Shown piece after piece: positions 60,541 through 64,000 of a DNA stretch of 64,000 nucleotides. Position 1 is the stretch's first letter; every line of letters starts with the position of its first letter. A program made the position numbers and the translations under genes. Under the pieces are notes generated by a model. That model did not search any database. It saw only the letters and a list, made by a program, of their open reading frames with translations, and was not told the DNA's origin. The DNA comes from Cirrosporium novae-zelandiae (Eukaryota), in contig JAPETS010000027.1 of assembly GCA_026023565.1 (NCBI GenBank), positions 372,001 to 436,000 of the forward strand. The letters are read 5' to 3'.

Positions 60541-61085
60541 TTTGTTCGAGAGAAATGATTATTATAAACAAAAAATGGTTCTGAGGGGAAAGATAGATGT
60601 GAGTGTGGAATTTAAGGAGGGGAAGGGGGGGTCAAGAACTAATGTGTCTGTGTCTTGGAGGGGTCTTTTTTTTGTCTGGAACGGTCAATGTGGGGGCTGA
60701 TGCAGCGCGGCGGGAATCCGGGGAAGTTGCGGTTAACTTGTAGTTCACTATCATAGCATGGACCTATAGATTGCTTCCATATTGTGTAAAAGTAGAGCTA
60801 CAATAATTTCAATGTTATCTTGATAAATATAGATCTAATATGGAATTGAATTTTGGACATCGAGTCCAATTAACTAGTAGTTTAATCTAGATGACCAGGC
60901 CTGCCAAATAGATGTATAGAATACATTGATATTGTATGAAGACATGCTTTTCGAGCCACAACTTGACTCTCCAAGCCAATGTTTCGTCCGTGGGAAATTC
61001 CAAGGAGAACATTGTCGAATTTCTTTGAGTAGCTCCTCCAAATAAATTCGCAAAAATACCTAACCCAGAATATCTTATTGCGTTC

Positions 61086-61892
61086 TTAATCTCGCAGCCA
61101 AGCTCTTCGTTTCTCTTCTTTCTTTTCTCTCCTCTTCTCCTTAAAAGCCTTGAGCTCCTTTTTAGTTAACTTCTTCCCTGCCCTTTCGGCTTTCAAACTC
61201 TTCCCATCATGACTGTTGGCCGCAGCATCAACATCAAAGTATGCATTCATTTGTCTCTTGCTCTTGTTTTCATCGTTGTAATTCTCCGGGGTAATATCGG
61301 CTTGCTGCCACTTGCCGGTGAATCGGTTAAATGTACCGGTAGCCGCGTAAGGAATGCTGGAATCAGATACACGCGAAGGTCCTCCTTGATCTTCTTCATT
61401 GTCTTCTTTCGCATAATCGGCATTAGGATCATAGTCGCCATGTATGGCGGGATTGTAGCCACCATGAGGTCGTTTCTTGTCTTGGAGCTGTGAGGATTCT
61501 GGGGTGGAGGATAATCTGTCATAGTTTCCCACCCCCGGAGCGGTAGTTTGCGCAGGTTGTACTCTTGGATTTTCCCATTGAGTGACTCGGGTGAAATGAT
61601 TGAAAAAGTAGAATGCTTGCGCGCTGTCATCCCAAACAGGTTGCCAACCATCATCCTCGGCTTCGGATGGCGGCGCTTCATTTGGTAAAGGAGGTACTTC
61701 TTGAGGTAAAGGCGGTTCGCTGTCCTGGTGATGTTTCGCGTCCTCGTCTTGCCGTACTAAACCTTCCTCTTCACTCTCAGCTTCATCTGACCGCTCTTTG
61801 CAAACCTCATCATCATTTTCTGGTTGGTTGCTTCGAGTCTCAGACTCGACAGTGGATGGAGTGTTTTCAGATTCTAGTGGCTGCGGAGACAT
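61086..61892 (-). CDS. Conserved fungal WW-domain protein
   Basis: PPLP motifs, WW domain GWQPVWDDSAQAFYFFNHFTRVTQWENP, GYNPAIHGDYDP, FNRFTGKWQ, and a basic C-terminus ending KRRAWLRD. Confidence 0.88.
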   Translation of the reverse strand: MSPQPLESENTPSTVESETRSNQPENDDEVCKERSDEAESEEEGLVRQDEDAKHHQDSEPPLPQEVPPLPNEAPPSEAEDDGWQPVWDDSAQAFYFFNHFTRVTQWENPRVQPAQTTAPGVGNYDRLSSTPESSQLQDKKRPHGGYNPAIHGDYDPNADYAKEDNEEDQGGPSRVSDSSIPYAATGTFNRFTGKWQQADITPENYNDENKSKRQMNAYFDVDAAANSHDGKSLKAERAGKKLTKKELKAFKEKRREKKEEKRRAWLRD

Positions 61893-62436
61893 TGTAAGCC
61901 AGCTTCTGTACTAAGGTTTAAAGAAAAGAGAGGTCAGATCAATGGGCATGAAGATCTTGGCAGGATTTTGGCATAATACTGCTGCTATGCAAGTTTAGAA
62001 CGAGTTCAATGGTGGTTACGAAAGCAGTTGAAGATGTTGAAAGTTGATGATACTCCGAGTCCATGAGCCAAGTGACCCGGCTGAAGGGCAAGCGCGAGAT
62101 CAAGACTGCTAAGCCGAACGTCTAACCATTTGCAGACTAGTCCGGTCTGACTGCTCCTAAGCAACATGCTATCATTCATGATGTTGCACTTGACTATCCG
62201 ATGCAAGACATACTAATTACATCTATTGAATCCTTGAAAGCATAAGGCTCTATCCACTATAGCTATAACTATTCCACCTATCCCAATACAGAAGGGGTAT
62301 CTACCTGAGTTAACTGAAAAATCTATGGGCAACCGAAACGCCATATGTCCTGGAGGAAAACCTTGGATGGAAATGAGGAAAAAAGCCCATCAGTACGTTG
62401 TAAAAAGGAGCAAAAAGTTACCCCGCAAACTGTAAC

Positions 62437-63558
62437 CTATCCAGAATATTGGGATTCTTCCTCGGCATAAAACTCTCCACCTCTTCCAGCCTGCGCCCTT
62501 TCTTTTCCTTTCCCCTTGTAGTTGCCACCCATGTCCTCTGCCTCCGTCTCCGTCTCCGGATCACGTTCGGCTGTTAAATCCATTTTGAGAAATTCTTCCC
62601 TTAAACCCAAGACATTCAACATGGCCACATTAACCAGCGCCTCTCCCGGCTCTAAAACCACCATTATAAAAGTATTTTTTGTTAGCTGTGCAAGGATGAG
62701 ATTGAATTTGGGTGTTTTGATGGTCATTTCCATTGGAGCCGCCTGAGCCTGACTGGCTCCCGTATGTTTTGCAATGGAATGTTTGAATGTCTTGATCATG
62801 TTGGAGATACGCTCGAAACGATCACGGTTGGGATTACGTTCCCCGCGAGGTGAGGTGACGCAGGTAACCATAAGAAAGGTGGACCGCTCGAATAGTGCAA
62901 CTTCATGAGCTTTCACGGTCCGTAGCAGAAGCGAGAGCATGCGCTCGATAATAGCAAGATTCGGGATCAAGGTATAGACGATCGAAGCCCACGCTTTGTA
63001 TAGAGTCTGGTCCCATATCGAGGTTGCATAGGTTGAAACAGTAAAGGGTACGGAATTTGACTGAATCAAGGAAGATCGTTCGGCGAAAAGGTCATGGCGA
63101 TGGTCAGGAAGAACTAGATCCATTTTATGAATCAAGCAGAAGACCTGTGCCCTGGGGGAATATTCTCCGAGGGCGGAAATAACGGCGGTGTATGTTACCA
63201 TGTCACGGTCAAACTCCCGAGATTCGATATCGAAAACGTAGATGAGAACTCCAACGTCAGAAAATATGTTGGCCCTCTGTGAAACGAGGTAGGTCTCCAT
63301 AAAGGCATCTTGCCTAGAATTTGGTGGTTAGCATGTAATTTTTAATTGGAAGCTTATATTTGCTTACCCTCCGCAATCCCAGATATTCAACGTCAGTGAG
63401 CCCATAAACTTCACGTGCGAATGCTCAACATCAATGGTGGCCCCCAATCGACGCGTGTCTTTAGCAACATAGTTGGCAAAGATGATGGAGCGCATCGAAC
63501 TTTTTCCAGAACCGCTCTTCCCCATCAATAAGAGCTTCGATTTCTTTTTTCGATCCAT
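62437..63558 (-). CDS. GTR1: Rag-family GTPase Gtr1/RagA
   Basis: [43 protein letters not shown] across an intron, [27 protein letters not shown]. Confidence 0.96.
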
Positions 63559-64000
63559 TGCGGCAAGGTAGGGAATCTTGTTGGAAGCAGTAACTTTGAG
63601 ATCCAGCTGGCCTTTGTCAAGTACAGAAGGCAAAGTTCTGATGACCTTGGTTAGTGTTTAATAGAGGAAGTGTGGTGGAAAAGTTGCTGCACTGACCGCA
63701 AAAGACAAAAGTAGACTTGCCTTGCCTGTGAACACGAGATGTCATTTTCGGCTCCATGGCTATCCGCTTGGGTTGGAGATAAGATGTGGTCTGTGCTTCC
63801 CCATCACTAGCAACCCTTGTCCCGCTTTATAACCTCAACAACTTTTACTTGCTAGTAAAAAGTAAAGAGCTTCTCATCTTGACAGAATGCAAGCCACCTT
63901 TATAGCTCGACTTTTCACAGCCAAAAAACTAGTAGACCAGCTAGTCATTGCTGCATCTTAAATTGGCTTGCATGGCTCTAGCGCTAGAGGGGCATTTGAA

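Overview
Eukaryotic DNA from a filamentous ascomycete (Pezizomycotina-type short GT..CTAAC/CTGAC..AG introns); I found no rRNA, tRNA or CRISPR. Left part: the 5' end of a probable QDE-1-like RNA-dependent RNA polymerase running off the window, a PDR/ABCG transporter, an MFS monocarboxylate transporter, an SDR reductase, a secreted type-B carboxylesterase, a decayed HET-domain gene, a Ca3427/NMT1-like binding protein and AIM6. Middle (30.9-44 kb): a compact housekeeping block of CysRS, TRM61, MTHFR, MRX11-like, NDK and glucosidase II alpha. Right (44-59.6 kb): a gene-poor, low-complexity island holding an AAA+ ATPase pseudogene, a perfect 64-bp inverted repeat, an intronless CCCH-CCCH-RBR E3 ligase followed by a composite repeat array, and a convergent 3xCCCH zinc-finger gene. 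YAR1, a WW-domain gene and GTR1 follow. The best candidate for an undescribed system is the CCCH-RBR plus 3xCCCH pair, and that is a hypothesis only. All family assignments come from motif recognition by eye, not database searches.
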